From assembly GCA_964016885.1 (NCBI GenBank), contig OZ024745.1, positions 119,908,001 through 119,972,000 of the forward strand: a stretch of 64,000 nucleotides of DNA, given 5' to 3'. The notes below the pieces were generated by a model. That model searched no databases and was not told the DNA's origin. It saw only the letters and a program-made list of their open reading frames with translations. The stretch's first letter is position 1, and each line of letters opens with the position of its first letter. This stretch comes from Eledone cirrhosa. Its lineage: Eukaryota. Positions 13,617-26,814 of the stretch are shown here, piece after piece. A program made the translations under genes and the position numbers.

Positions 13617-13712
13617 ATAATTGTTTCTACTTTAGGCACAAGGCTAGCAATTACCCAGTGCATTACTGGTACTTTATTTTATCGACCCCGTAAGGATGAA
13701 AGGCAAAGTCAA
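13617..13712 (-). mobile_element. SINE family A, truncated
   Basis: Reverse complement of core and tail; flanked by the AATTAAATAAT duplication. Confidence 0.85.
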
Positions 13713-14394
13713 TTAAATAATAACGACAAATGCATAATATAGAGAATAGTTATTGATAGAATATATTTCCAGTGATTTAGCAAACACCCAATTCTTCAAC
13801 ACATTGATTTTTAAACATTGGTTCTCATGCATTGTTGTTTAGCTCCACGTTAACGTATATCAAGTTGAGATGTAATCAATGAGGTTCAAGAAGTCAATCA
13901 TGCATTATCGTAGCTTGGGTACCGACGAGAGTAAATGCTTCCTAATATTTAGCCCGACCATTGCCAGGCTTTATTCCTCTCCATGTACACAGCAGTGACT
14001 CCATACTTATTTGTTCAATAATCTAGTTGTTGTACTACCACTAACTTGTTCCTAATGCTCTCAAGTATCTCGTACAGCCTCATACACGCCATGGGTCACG
14101 GTGACAAACATGCTTGCCGCCACCTTATATTATCTATCTACTTGTATATGTGCACATAAGTACGCGAACGTATGTATGCCTAGGTAAAATGAGCTCACGT
14201 TTGTACGTGTTTATATACACATATATATGTATATGTATATATACAAACAGCTACACGCAAATATCTGCACAAAATTCAGATTCACACTTCACCAAAATGT
14301 CTAGCTAAATCCACAAATATTTCCCCAACATTTTCTGTGTCTTCCTCTTCTTAATTTTGTTTATCTACCTATTTATGCTTTCATCGCGATTTAT

Positions 14395-14432
14395 ATGTTC
14401 TGATGAAGGACTAACGTCCGAAACCTTAAGGC
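14395..14432 (+). ncRNA. Minimal hammerhead motif (possibly inactivated)
   Basis: GTT-CTGATGA-A-GGAC-TAAC-GTCC-GAAAC-CTT-AAG; core and helix II intact, helices I and III mismatched. Confidence 0.6.
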
Positions 14433-15532
14433 CCTTTTTGTACTATATCAAGTGTTAAACTAATATATAACTCTATTGCAATGAACCGTTTTCCTGTGTT
14501 GTTTGTCCATTTAATTCTCAACATATATATGCACACCCACGCACATACACACACTCCCGCACATACACGTATATATATATATATAAACCAACGCACACAT
14601 GCACCCGCCCACACATACACATACACACGCATACACGTACACACACACACAACATACATAAATACATAATGGTGGGGTGGCACTATATGTGTTGCTACAC
14701 GTTAGCTAAGTTGTGGATATATGCTGAATTATTCTTTTCAACTCTCACACAGAAGGCAAGTCTACTCAGAAAATATAATAATATAAAAAATAAAAATACA
14801 ATCTGTAATCATACTGTGTTCTTAGTGCAATTTTTATATTGATTTCTATCAATATAACGCCGCCAATATGCTAATCACATTAAGAAGGAATTATTTCATC
14901 TTCCTTGTCATAAAATTATATAGTCAGCCATTCGTATAACATCAAGTGTACTCTGGATGAAGCATAACTAATAGGCTTTTTTTTCCCACTAACGAACAAT
15001 GAGTCATGACTCATTCCTGTACAACGCTCTCAAAGGCATTGCAAACTAATCCTTTGCACTACAAACATTCCATGGTTTGTAGTTTGACTGGTTTTGAAAT
15101 ATTAGAAAGGCTTTGTTGAACACATCGTATTGGATTTATTCAATATTTTAGCATTGATAATCTTCTTGTTCTGTCCACAACCGTGTCAGTTACAAAGCTT
15201 GGCTAGATGTGGTTCCGCCACAATTGAACACATTGTTGTTCTCTCTCATTAAACTCTGCCATGTCCAATGCTGTGCAGGGGTGTTCATCCAGGGGGCATA
15301 TCAGGACGTGCTACGTAGTCTGTGGTTCGATGCCGCAATCACACACAACGTCCCCATCCTTTAAATATCCCCATTTTGCAAGAATGACTTTTACTGAAAT
15401 GTATCATACTAAATTGAATACCCAGTCCGATATCTATAAGTCCAAATAAATATATCAATAAATATTTTTGCAGTATCGTCTTTCTGGGTTTTACTCCGTA
15501 TACGTAGTCTGTGTATAATATAATATAAATAT

Positions 15533-15718
15533 AATTATTTCTACTTTTGACACAAGGCCAGCAATTATATCAGTACATTACTGGTACTTTATTTTATCGA
15601 TCCTGTAAGGATGAAAGGCAAAGTCAACCTCGGCGGGATTTGAACTCAGATCGTATAGGGACGTAACTATGCTGGAAATCATGGCGTCCGGACCTCTACC
15701 GATACTGCCAATCCACCA
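15533..15718 (-). mobile_element. SINE family A, full length
   Basis: Reverse complement of head, core and tail. Confidence 0.88.
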
Positions 15719-15724
15719 ATAATA

Positions 15725-15852
15725 TTCGATTCGTTTGTAAACAATCGGCCCGATCTGAAGCTATGCCGTACCGGAGACCGATCGTCACCCGTTTGTTCAA
15801 CACTGGCTTTGACGAACAATCAACATGTTTCAGGGTCATTCAGCTTCACCTG
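15725..15852 (-). repeat. Decayed copy of the hammerhead-bearing element at 24500-24810
   Basis: AACAATCAACATGTTTC.GGGTC and CGATCGTCACC.GTT are reverse complements of 24665-24730. Confidence 0.75.
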
Positions 15853-17583
15853 TAAAATTCTAATTATATTATATAATTTCAACTACTAATATTATAACTA
15901 CCTTTTATATATATAAGTATGTATGTATTCATGTATGTATGTATGTATGTTTGTATTTATGCATGTGTGTGCTTGTATGTATGTGTGTATGTATATATAT
16001 ATATATATATATATGGGCATTTAAGTATGAATATATGTATGTATATATGTATGTATATATGCACGTACGTATGTATTCACGCTTCTACGTACGTACATAT
16101 ATTTGTATGTATATATGTATGCATTGCATGCTTATATGTAGGTATATTTCAGCCATATGCTTACCATAGTTGTTCATCTCATTATGGATGTCTGTTTAGG
16201 AAACGACTGCGATGTTATTTGAATGATCATGGCTTCTTCTCTTTGCCTACGGCTAACTGGAGGATTTATTTTTCTTTCCAAATGTATTTAATGTTTTGTG
16301 TTGTTATATCCCAGGTTTCATCTCCCCATACATGTATTATTCCAAAGAAATGATATGCTCTAAGCTAAACGCAATTTTAAAAGAGCTCAGAATACACACA
16401 CACACACACTACACACACTATATGTTGTAGCAATTAGATGTATAACGACCTACGTAATAACTAATCTATATATATAAGACAGAAGATATATGTCGGTATG
16501 TCTGTCTGCTTGTTTAACCGCATGCATTTCTACATTTTACAACCGATTTGCACCAAATTTCATACATAGGTTTCTGAAGTCCAATTACGCGTCATAGGCT
16601 ATGTTATTTTTCCGAATATCGATTGTGCCCCCCCCCCCCCCCGTTTCCAGCGGCAGGTAACCCCCTTAAGCCTCTCGCTTGGAGTCAGCAGTACTACTGC
16701 ATAAAGGCCCCATAATTCCTGCAGTTTGCCTCCCATCTTCACTAAAATTAATCTTTTGTTTGCTTATGGCCTGCAAATAAATTTGCAGGCATGCACTTAC
16801 GCAGAAATACAGGTAGAGGACCCCTTTTGGCAGTAAACCGACTTGATGAATGTTGAAGTTGATATCATCAATGCAACAAAACGTCGTTTTCACGACGCGA
16901 GACGTATTGGTTACCCATGGCTTATAAAGGAAGGTGAACACATGAACTTTTACTTGAACTTATCAAGGGGAACCCCGGGTGGGATGGGGGCAGTAAATGT
17001 GGCTATTGTAATGCAGCAAAGTATCATAGATTCGATAATTCGGAGTCCAATAAAAGGAATTTTGACTTAGTTGTTATTCATGTACTACAGATGAAGATAC
17101 AGTGAGGCACATTTACTTTCATTTCAATGCAGCAAGAGGACCTCCTCGGGGGCAATGAGCCCAATTCATTAATCTATAAAAGTTAAAACTTCCACAATAA
17201 AAAAGCACCATAACCTCGGGAGTTTATACTTGATTCTTACAAATCTAAACGAAATGGTTATTGCCATATAAGATAAAGCACCACACATTCGTTATCACTT
17301 GAATTTTGCAAGAGAACCCCATAGGGAGGCCAATGATCCCCTTTGGACCACATTTAAAGTTCATATTATGGTCGCAGCAAAGCATTTCAACTTCTGGATA
17401 AAAAGTCAATTTAAAGAAAGTTGACGCATCGGTTACGCATGTCCTACAAATGGAGTAGCGAATGTTTAAATCCCCCTCACTTAACTTTAGTTTGTTTAGT
17501 TAACTTTATGATGATCGAATTTAATTTCCCACCCGGTTGTCTCCTCCGTGTAATAGCACCACAATTAAGTGCGGAATGGGGAG

Positions 17584-18891
17584 CAGTGGCGTAACTAGGG
17601 ATGGGCAAAGGGGAAACGTGCCCCCGGGCGCCGTTTTGAGGCAGGCGCAAAATTGACCAAGATTGTTGACTTAAAAATTGAAGCAAGATTGTTTGCTGCA
17701 AATGTTGAAAACAGTATACCCGTATTTTCGCGCGTGGCGTGCGTGTGTACATTACACTGTACACGCGTGCACTAGGCGTGCCTAGACGTTTTTTTGACAG
17801 AGCAGGGGCGCTTTGAGGTCAGGTGTGCAGTCTTGGCTGTACACTGTACGTACAGCATGAATGAACAGGAATAAATCAGCTCATTGAACCTCCTACCAAA
17901 TGTGGTTGCAAGTCACTTGCAAGAACAGTTTTTCACTGTGCGGTTGTGTGCTCTTACACCGTAAGTTCCTTTTGAAATGAGTAAATTATTTTCTCTTTTA
18001 CTGTGCATGAACAAAAACTTATGTTTTCCGTTGCTCAATACATTTGCCCATCAATTGTCTGTGCTCTATAACTTGAACGAATTTGATTGCCCAGCAATCA
18101 CTTAATAAAGGCATTGAGTTAAGTCGCGGAAGGCCAAGACAGCAGTTTTCAGATAGTTCTGAAGATGATGTACTATCACCAGCCAGTGAAGTAAAAACAG
18201 TCATGCAAACTGCTCTCCTTCGAATTCAATCAGAAATGCAGCTACGATCCGCCCGTCTCAACGATATTGACGCGAGGTTTGGCTTCCTCCTCGATGTCCG
18301 CTCTCTGTGCTATCCACCTTTTCCAGACGACCTCGTGCTTCGATCAAAGTGCTCTTCATTAGCTGATCACTACAATGCTGACATTGACGGCAAGGAGCCT
18401 TTTGAAGAAATTGTTGACCGTCGGGCGTTGTTGTCAACCCGCGCTAATGTTTCAGTCTCAAGACCAGAACACCTCCTGAATTTGATTGTTCAATACGGAG
18501 ACAAAAGTGTATTTCCGAATTTCCGCATCGGTCTAGAGATACTGCCAACAATGGCCGTTTCCATCGCAAGCTGTGAGAGATCCTTCAGCAAGCTCAACCT
18601 CATCTTATCATATTTGCGGACATCAACGTCTCAAAGCCGTCTGCGCGATTTTGCCATCCTCAGCATAGAAAGCGAAGACACAAAAGCAACCGATTTTGAT
18701 GAAATAATCGATCAATATGCATCAGCTAAAGCTAGAATGATCCCTTTGTAAATATATTTTTACTCTTTTTTCCATAGTACTTTTATAAAATTAATTTTAG
18801 ATCATATATTCATGATTTTTCGTGTCATTTAAATTACGGGGGAGGGGGGGGGGGCAAAGTTCGAGCTTGACCCCGGGCGCAAAATCCCTAG
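17584..18891 (+). mobile_element. Internally deleted hAT DNA transposon with 8-bp TSD
   Basis: TSD ATGGGGAG at 17576-17583 and 18892-18899; left TIR CAGTGGCGTAACTAGGGAT; partial right TIR ATCCCTAG. Confidence 0.85.
18020..18751 (+). pseudogene. hAT transposase C-terminal (dimerisation domain) fragment
   Basis: FPN..I..T..VSIASCERSFSKL..I..YLR...RL...AILSIE motif. Confidence 0.88.
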
Positions 18892-19913
18892 ATGGGGAGG
18901 TAAATTTCACACTCCTACCCAAGAGAGCGCGATTTAATCCACGTGTAAATTTTTAACGCCTACTGTATGTGGATTGTGCTATTTCACACTCATGCCTAAA
19001 CTGTGCGAATTATTGATTAGTTTTTGCACCCGGTTATCTCCTCCGTTTAATTGCACCTCAATTAAGTGCGAAATGGTGACATCTGGCCAACCATACATTA
19101 GTGAGTTGTGTTCAGTAGATTTCATCACACTTATTTGTATTATCTAATCAATCAGACAACTCAAGTGTTGTTCAATGAGCGAAATCACTCCTATTATATC
19201 GGTCAAGTCCGACCTAGGATCACACTTATTTCTTGGCTTTTGACAAGTGGTAGGTTTTTTTTACATGCGTACTCTCATAAGCTACCCCATGTTTCTGAAA
19301 CGCATGCTTCTTCAACATTTGTCACCTTAAAGGAGGTTTAGTTAATGTGTTTATCGTCATAAGGTTCCATTTAATTTGGTGTGATTTTTCGGCCATTATT
19401 GCCTGTATCCTTTCAATGGTTAGTACTTACTTATTGATATGTTCGAACTGAACAAACATACTGACACTTATATAACTACCACTGTAGCCACACTATTTAC
19501 TTTACTTTATCACAGGTAGTCCACACGCTGCGTTGCCCCTAACTTAAAACCTGAAATTTGATTGGTACACAAAATCTTGCAAAACATACCCACTTTCACA
19601 GACCACATAGATTTATCACATTTATTTCACAATTTATATCCGTGTTTAGATTTGCTTACTTAAACGTTATATGTCCACTATTTATCGTTCTCCCCGGTTA
19701 ATTTTCTAAAAACAATGCCCCCCAAGTAAAAAACTTTCCTTGGTCGATTATCTAATCATACAAGTAAGTCTAAGCGAAGGCGTCTCACCGAAGATGTAAA
19801 TGCGACTGCGGTCAGGCTCTCACAGAATGCTGTGCAGACGGCAGCTGCAAAAGCGGAGGAGGATGACAGTCGGCGTAAACTTCGACGGAACAAAGATGCT
19901 GTCGCGACTGCTG

Positions 19914-20120
19914 CTGCTCGCGCTCGAGAGGATGAAGGACGACGTGCCGTTCGACGAAGCAGGGACGCCGCTGCAACATCCGCTGCTCGCGCTCGAGAGG
20001 ATGAAGGACGACGTGCCGTTAGACGAAGCAGGGACGCCGCTGCAACATCCGCTGCTCGCGCTCAAGAGGATGAAGGACGACGCGCCGTTCGACGAAGTAG
20101 GGACGCCGCTGCCACTGCTG
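19914..20120 (+). repeat. 69-bp coding tandem repeat, three copies (AARAREDEGRRAVRRSRDAAATS)
   Basis: Three near-identical units within the Helitron ORF remnant. Confidence 0.9.
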
Positions 20121-20361
20121 CTGCAAGAAATACTGAAACCATAGAGCAACGACGTGGCCGACTTCTGCAAAGTGAGCAGCGGCGATCATCGTTGCGTGGC
20201 AACTCTAGGATTTGCAATTGACGATGGTTGTTGAAGGCCTTTAACTACGATACCTCCTCCGACTACGCCGTCCATGCAGATATTCAAATTGGGAAAATGA
20301 CCAGGGATGGTCTTTCCAATTGCTAATACTATCTGTCGGTCGCAAATTCAGGTAGAAGGAG

Positions 20362-20476
20362 CAGCGTGAAATAAAGTGTCTTGCTCAAGGACACAATGCA
20401 CCACACAGTCCAGGAATCGAACTCACAACCTCACGATTGCGAATCCAATTCTCTTACCACACACCCACGCACCTTC
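20362..20476 (-). mobile_element. SINE family B copy
   Basis: Reverse complement of 10778-10895. Confidence 0.85.
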
Positions 20477-21968
20477 ACATAATATTTAGAAATACAAGCA
20501 ATATTTCTTTTGTATATGGTACCGAGGCTGGATGAGTTTGAAATAAATGCAGGAAGCGGTAAAAAGAAGATAAATACTGGAATCCTCTGTACAGGAATGG
20601 GCATTGTAAGAAACCTCATGCTAGTAAGCTGTTACATACAGAAGAAAATGTGTTTGCACATATACGTAATAATAATCTATCATATAATGTGATGGTGGAT
20701 GAGCGCGTCGTAATTATTTATGTTTTTTGACACACCATGGGTACATTTTGGGTACGTGCTTTCAATGAGAGATACGTTGAAAGCTATACGCCCGAAGAAT
20801 AACTTCAATTAACTCACGTCACTGTGTTGGAGAAAGGGCGTCAGGTTAATCTTCGTTCTCCAAACAACATCCTCTTCGGAAGCTGGCTATCCGGCTCACC
20901 TTGTGACCACTCAATCCAGTTTTTTCTATGGTATCACTGTGCGTTCTCTCAAGAAACTGAGTGGCATTTACGTGGGGTTTCCAGTCAATTTCAGTAATCC
21001 TTTTGAGATTTAATTGGTTTAAGTGTTTTCATCTTATTTCGAGAATGTTATTTCTATGTCCTTAATCAGATCCCATATTGCCAAAGAAATCTCACCCTGT
21101 TTGATAAAATATATGTTACTAATATACTGAAGTTAATTAAACCAACTCATTTCGGCTCTAAAATTGTGTGAAATGTTATTTACGTTACAGTGTCGGCGAG
21201 AATACTTTGCGGATTTAATCGAAACTGGCTGAAGTCGACATTGTTCATCCTTTTGTAGTCAGTAAAATATCCAGTAGTAAAATCTAAATACTATACAAGG
21301 GAATAAGGAAAAAAGATGAAAATAAGCAAAAATATAAGAAAATAAAGGGAATTAAGCAACGAAAGAAAAGAAGAAAGGGGTTGACTGGTTCTACACCTTA
21401 GTCTGAGCGGTGTTTGAGTTGCGTTCTGTGGATAAAATAAACAGTTATTGTCGCACAGAAGGGCCAGCGACACCTGCTGTAACAAAAATTCCAGCTCATG
21501 GGATTCTTTTCTTAGGATGGCTGCCATCTTTCCCATTTTAGTCAACGAAGCACTACCTTCGATGAAATAGATTGTTCTCACGCTCAAAACAGTGCGTATC
21601 TTCTTAAGATACAAATTATTATATACTAATCATATTCTATGACTGTCAAATCTAGTATTTCACATTTTTCTTCTGAGCTTTAGTCTCAGCCAGCAGAATC
21701 TGTCATCTCAAACATATATCTTAATCGTGTGCAAACCTCTCAGGGTTTATTTGGGCAGAACACATAATTCATATTGTCTCACTTCCTTTTAACTTCTGGT
21801 AATATTAGTGAGTTTTCTGGGAACGATACTTACACAACAGAACGGTGAAATTTATCTCTTAAACGCGTAATGTTTAAAAATGGAGATAAGCGTCAGTTCA
21901 TGCAAGTGGCTCCCGGCGACTTCGTTGGAATTGAATATATTGCATGTTTAGAAGGTCTATATTGTCTT

Positions 21969-21971
<3 letters not shown>

Positions 21972-22058
<87 letters not shown>
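21972..22058. repeat. (TA)n microsatellite
   Basis: Seen directly. Confidence 0.95.
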
Positions 22059-22059
<1 letters not shown>

Positions 22060-23062
22060 GTGTGTGTAGTGTAACAGCGTTCAAATGCATTTGTTCGTTT
22101 AGCAAACATAATACTTTTTAAACATTTCGTATCATATGGTGCATAAGTTTTTTCCTGCTTTTAGAGAGCTGGAGCGTTAAATTAAATTGGTTAAAAGAGA
22201 TAATATAAGAAAGCTCAAAGTAACAGAACCTGTTTCGTTGATAATAATACTCTTCAGTCTCTTTATGATTTGTTCGTTTAGAATGCATACAACTATAGTA
22301 TTTATCTTATTTGCTTAATTCTATAAAAATAGACATCTCACTTTGAAAGATGATAACTATAAGGTTACGAATTGACATGATAGGGTGAACACACTGTTGC
22401 ATGACAAGAAGGTGCAAATAATGTTCTCCCTTCCCAGAATAACATCGTTGTTGATGTATATACATGTAACTCAAACTAGAAATAATATACACTGTAACTG
22501 GAAATATTCTATTTTATATACTCTCGAAATGCATATTATGTATATCTTTTGTATATTTTGTATATTTTTGAAATATGAATATAGTGTGCATTAGAATATA
22601 TCAGAAACTGATCAATCATATTATATATGTTAAAGGATTCTACAGAGAAATATAAATCTCTTCAGTTAGGATAAAGTATCACATTCAACATATCTCTAAT
22701 ATGGTATCTCTATCTATATATCTTTAATTGGAAATATTCTATCAGATGAAATATTAACTTACGTAAATAGGAACCTTATGGAACACTTAAGCTCGGAAGG
22801 CGTTAAAAGAGTTTTTGTGATCATATAAACTCCTGTTGAATGAAGCAACTTCACATTGAACTTGCAAAAGATATATCATCATCAGTTATGAAGAGAAACC
22901 GATTATGTCCAATATAATTAACTTGAGAATCCATAATATAGCTGCCAACATCTTGAATTTTTCCTCATACTAGAAATTTTTCCATACGGTGACGCGTATG
23001 TCTATGTGTGTGCGTGTGTACATGTGTATATGCATACATTTATATGTATAAGTATATAAATA

Positions 23063-23277
23063 TGATTTCTAGTATAGGCACAAAGCCAGTAATTTGGGGG
23101 AAGGGGAAAGTCGATTAAATCGATCCCAGTACGTTACTGGTGCTTTATTTTATCGACCCCGTAAGGATGAATGGCAAAGTTAACCTCCGGCAGGATTTGA
23201 CTCCAGACCGTAAAGAACCGTAACTCTATGCTGCAACGCATGTTGTTCGACTCTCTAACGACACTGCCAATACCACT
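23063..23277 (-). mobile_element. SINE family A, full length
   Basis: Reverse complement of head, core and tail. Confidence 0.88.
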
Positions 23278-24221
23278 TATATATAAATATAAACGTGCAA
23301 ACACAGACACACTTACACAAATACACACTCAGACATTAATTCACACAAACACATACATACACTCCAACAAACACACATACACTCACACAAACACATACGC
23401 AGATTAACAAATGGAAGGTCAGTCGCTGTTTTTTTTCTATAGTTTATTTACCATCCCCTTCTTTCCTTTTACACACACATATATTCACTCAGGCAGCAGA
23501 CGTAAAGGGAGAGGAGTAGTATGAGGTAGTCAAACTACTCCTCTCTCTTTACGTGTTGTCAGAGAACCGTAGAAATTTATATATGGATGAAAAACTCTTA
23601 TACAACTTAAATTAAAACTAAGGTTAAACTCGTTAGGTGTGTTCTAATATCATTTGAAAACAGTTCGGTGTCATCAACTACGTATTCTCTGAATTCATTG
23701 GATAGTTTTGTAGAATTCGAAATAAGAAAAATGTTCTAGTTCATAGCTTAATCCTTCTGCATTACGTGCAGCAAAGCAACACTTTTTATAATCTCCCACA
23801 ATACTTTCTCAGTGCAGCATAATTGATTCTAACATAGGGAGATATGTTCATACTGTTATGGGGATCAAACCAGTTTCTACAGGTACGTTTAATACACCCT
23901 TCTATATAACGAGGGTACTTCTTTACGGTCACTAGACATTTTAGAAATATGAAATACATCTCATGCAAATGACATAGTGAGGTGTCATGGCTACGGTGGA
24001 AGCTAAACTACTAATACAGCGGGTTCTAGATTACTGTTCTCGCAGTTTACTCTAGTGCAGGCATTCAAACTAGGTATTCCGTTTGACATTGACTTTGATA
24101 TCTTCAGCCCGGACATTCATCGAAAGAGTCACACCAATCTGAGGCGGGTACACCTGAACTATACTTTCCTCTGACATATCTGATTGACAGAAATAGAAAC
24201 AAAAATATATATTTTAAATTC

Positions 24222-24271
24222 AATGCACTGGGTATTTTGCTGGCCTTGTGCCTAAAGTAGAAACAATTATT
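24222..24271 (+). mobile_element. SINE family A, 3' tail only
   Basis: AATGCACTGGGTA..GCTGGCCTTGTGCCTAAAGTAGAAACAATTATT. Confidence 0.8.
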
Positions 24272-24379
24272 AGTCTTCGATATAACCGATACGTCATATG
24301 TTTATGTATATATGTGAGTGTATGTATTTTATATATATGTGTATATATATATAAATATATATATATATATGTGTGTGTG

Positions 24380-24410
<31 letters not shown>

Positions 24411-24417
24411 GTGTGTG

Positions 24418-24462
<45 letters not shown>

Positions 24463-24650
24463 CGTGTTTGTGTGGATGTGCAGATTTATGTATCAGCTGT
24501 GCTAGGGCGATAAATAAAATTCTAATTTTACTTTTAATATTCGGAAAGGCCTGCCGTATCTTTCTCGGTATGCAAATGAGGCAACTCAGTCGATGTGTAC
24601 TGAAGAAAATACTATATACTTTCAACTGTTCAACGGACTGCTAGCGGTAT

Positions 24651-24693
24651 ATAGTCCTGATGAAAGGTAACGACCCAGAAACATGTTGATTGT
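24651..24693 (+). ncRNA. Minimal type I hammerhead ribozyme
   Basis: ATAGTC-CTGATGA-AA-GGT-AACG-ACC-CA-GAAAC-AT-GTT-GATTGT; helix I pairs with G-U wobbles; palindrome AACATGTT. Confidence 0.7.
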
Positions 24694-24902
24694 TCCTCAA
24701 AGCCAGTGTGAATGAACAGGTGACGATCGGCCACCGGCACAGCACAGCTTCGTATCGGACCATTTGTTTACAAACGAATGGAACATTACTATTAATGTTC
24801 GATATAACCCATGCGTACATATATATATATGTATATATATGTGTGTATGTATAGATATACATGTGTATACGTGTGCATACTTACAAATATATGTATATAT
24901 AA

Positions 24903-25066
24903 TTTTCATGATACTTTCTTTCGTGTGGGGAGACCACAGTGGACAACAGTATTCAAGGTGGGGTGGGACAAAAGTGGAGAAGAGAAGGATAATAGTGTGG
25001 TTGTCTCTCGACTGGAAGGTTCTGAGAATCCTTGAACTCATTCTGCGGGCAATGTCAACTTTGCTG

Positions 25067-25070
<4 letters not shown>
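24903..25070 (-). mobile_element. CR1-type LINE fragment
   Basis: ILRTF.SRD...LFSTFV.PHLEYCCPLWSP; homologous to 27460-27625. Confidence 0.85.
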
Positions 25071-25116
<46 letters not shown>

Positions 25117-25117
<1 letters not shown>

Positions 25118-26608
25118 AGGGAGTGTAACTTGGAGTTCCTGTAGGTTCACCCAGGTGAGCACTCGATGTTTAGGTTCACTTTAGTGTCGAGGTGTAGAGC
25201 TATACAGAGTCTATTATAGTTAAATAAGATAACAAGGACGATTGGTTACTCTTCATTACGTGTATTGATTGGTGACACGCGTTTCGCCACCGACCAGCTC
25301 AAGGTTAGATCTGTATCGATCTGACCTGACTCTGTAAACCGCGGCTCGTCAGACCCTTGTAATGTTAATGGAAGAATGAAAACATGCTGTATGATAAAGT
25401 CAGAAGTTCCACTGGTGGTCAGTAAAGTTTGTTTTGATTGGTGGATTGGTTCATAGGGATGTTTTTTCCTGTAGTGTATGTGGGGGTTAGGTGGGGAAAG
25501 GTTTGTGGTGACGGACGCAGGTTGAAGTGGGCGATGGTGTGGGGGTGCTGGCTGTCGGTAGACAGTTTGGCATATAGATGTAGCTGATGTTTGTGTGTGA
25601 TGTGGATGTGGTGTTTCTGTTTGTGAGAAAGATGAAAGGTTGCGGCGTTTATGCTGGTGTGATGATTGTGTTCGTGGTTTCATTTCCATAAGGTGATACA
25701 TACATAGACACACTAAGTCTGACAAATACGTTGTATAAATGCACATTTACGATGGGTTACAAGTTAATACCTGACAGAGAAGACACATAGAACACAGTAG
25801 TATTGAGATGAGGGATGTATGGCGATGTGTTTGTTGGTGGTGTGGTGGGGGTGAAGGGTGTGGCATGATATTTACAAGATCTGATGTTACCATGGGTTAC
25901 ATGTTACAGAAGACAAATGTATTGAGATGTGGAACGGTGTGGAAAAGCAGAGTTGGTTATACCTCTGTTGGGTCAAGGTTAGTATTTGGCCCTGGGCCGA
26001 ATTTTTGTGCAGAGGTGGTCATTCTGGTGTGTCTGCAGTCTATAATAATGTCAGAGTTTCTGGCCGATTTCAATTTAATGATCTCAGCCGCTTCGACCAG
26101 GTATAATCTGCGGTGGTTTTTTGTCCTTGGGGAGATGGGCCACACGTCTTTTAACTGACCACTTGATCTGGTAGTCAAAGTTCTTGTGTTTGAGATCCCA
26201 GATCAAGTCCGCCAGTCTTGTTTGAAGGAACTTTTGTGGTTATACCAGCGTTCCTTAAACGTAGTAGATGTCGCCCCTATGTAGGAGTACTCTTTTTGGC
26301 TCGCTGTGACATCGCACCGGTAAATAATGTTTTTAGCGAAGCATTCCACCCGCTTTTTGCAGTTGCAGTTGGGGATTATGGGTTCGTTGCCACGTTGTCG
26401 GTTATACGTATTCTGTGTGGATCTGGCATGTAGGTTGTTGTGTTGTGTTGTGTGTGTTGTTTTGTTCTAGGTTGTGCTAGTGGTTGGTTGTGGTGCTATC
26501 ATGTGTTTGCGTATTTTTGTCCTATTTGCGTGTGCTATCGTGTGGTCTAGATTTGGTGTTGTGGAGAAGGAGTATTTGACAGTGTGTCTATTAAAGAGCT
26601 TGTGGTAT
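25117..26608 (-). mobile_element. Penelope-like element 3' part (GIY-YIG endonuclease remnant, 3' UTR/pLTR), between (TA)n tracts
   Basis: Minus-strand translation YHKLFNRHTVKYSFSTTPN...CNCK...NIIYRC...YIGATSTTFKERWYNHKSSF; downstream hammerhead. Confidence 0.82.
25271..25355 (-). ncRNA. Type I hammerhead ribozyme with extended helix II in the Penelope pLTR
   Basis: GGT-CTGACGA-GCCGC...GTGGC-GAAAC-GCGT-GTC-ACC. Confidence 0.82.
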
Positions 26609-26814
26609 ATAAATATATATATATATTAGGTATTAAATTAACAATGAAAATAAAAACAAGTTACTTTATCTATTCATATCATTGTTTTACGATCGTTTCG
26701 GAGGGTCTATCATATTGACTTATTGTCTGATCTATAGCAGTTATATAACTGTATACTATCAGACCTCAAATATAGGGTCAATTAGGCCGTCATCTTATAT
26801 ATGTATATATTTAA

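Larger units (their letters stand above)
16465..20305 (+). mobile_element. Helitron/Helentron-like element, 5' part with the start of the Rep/helicase ORF
   Basis: 5' A|TCTATATATATAA...GTCTGTCTG...CCGATTTGCACCAAATT end; frame from 19715 reads MPPK*KTFLGR..., R/E/A-rich repeats, then AFNYD...IQIGKM, as in Helitron Rep N-termini. Confidence 0.65.

Noticed and set aside
19800-20170. Overlapping ORFs in alternative frames, or a CRISPR-like array
   Set aside because: GC-rich 69-bp tandem repeat with no unique spacers
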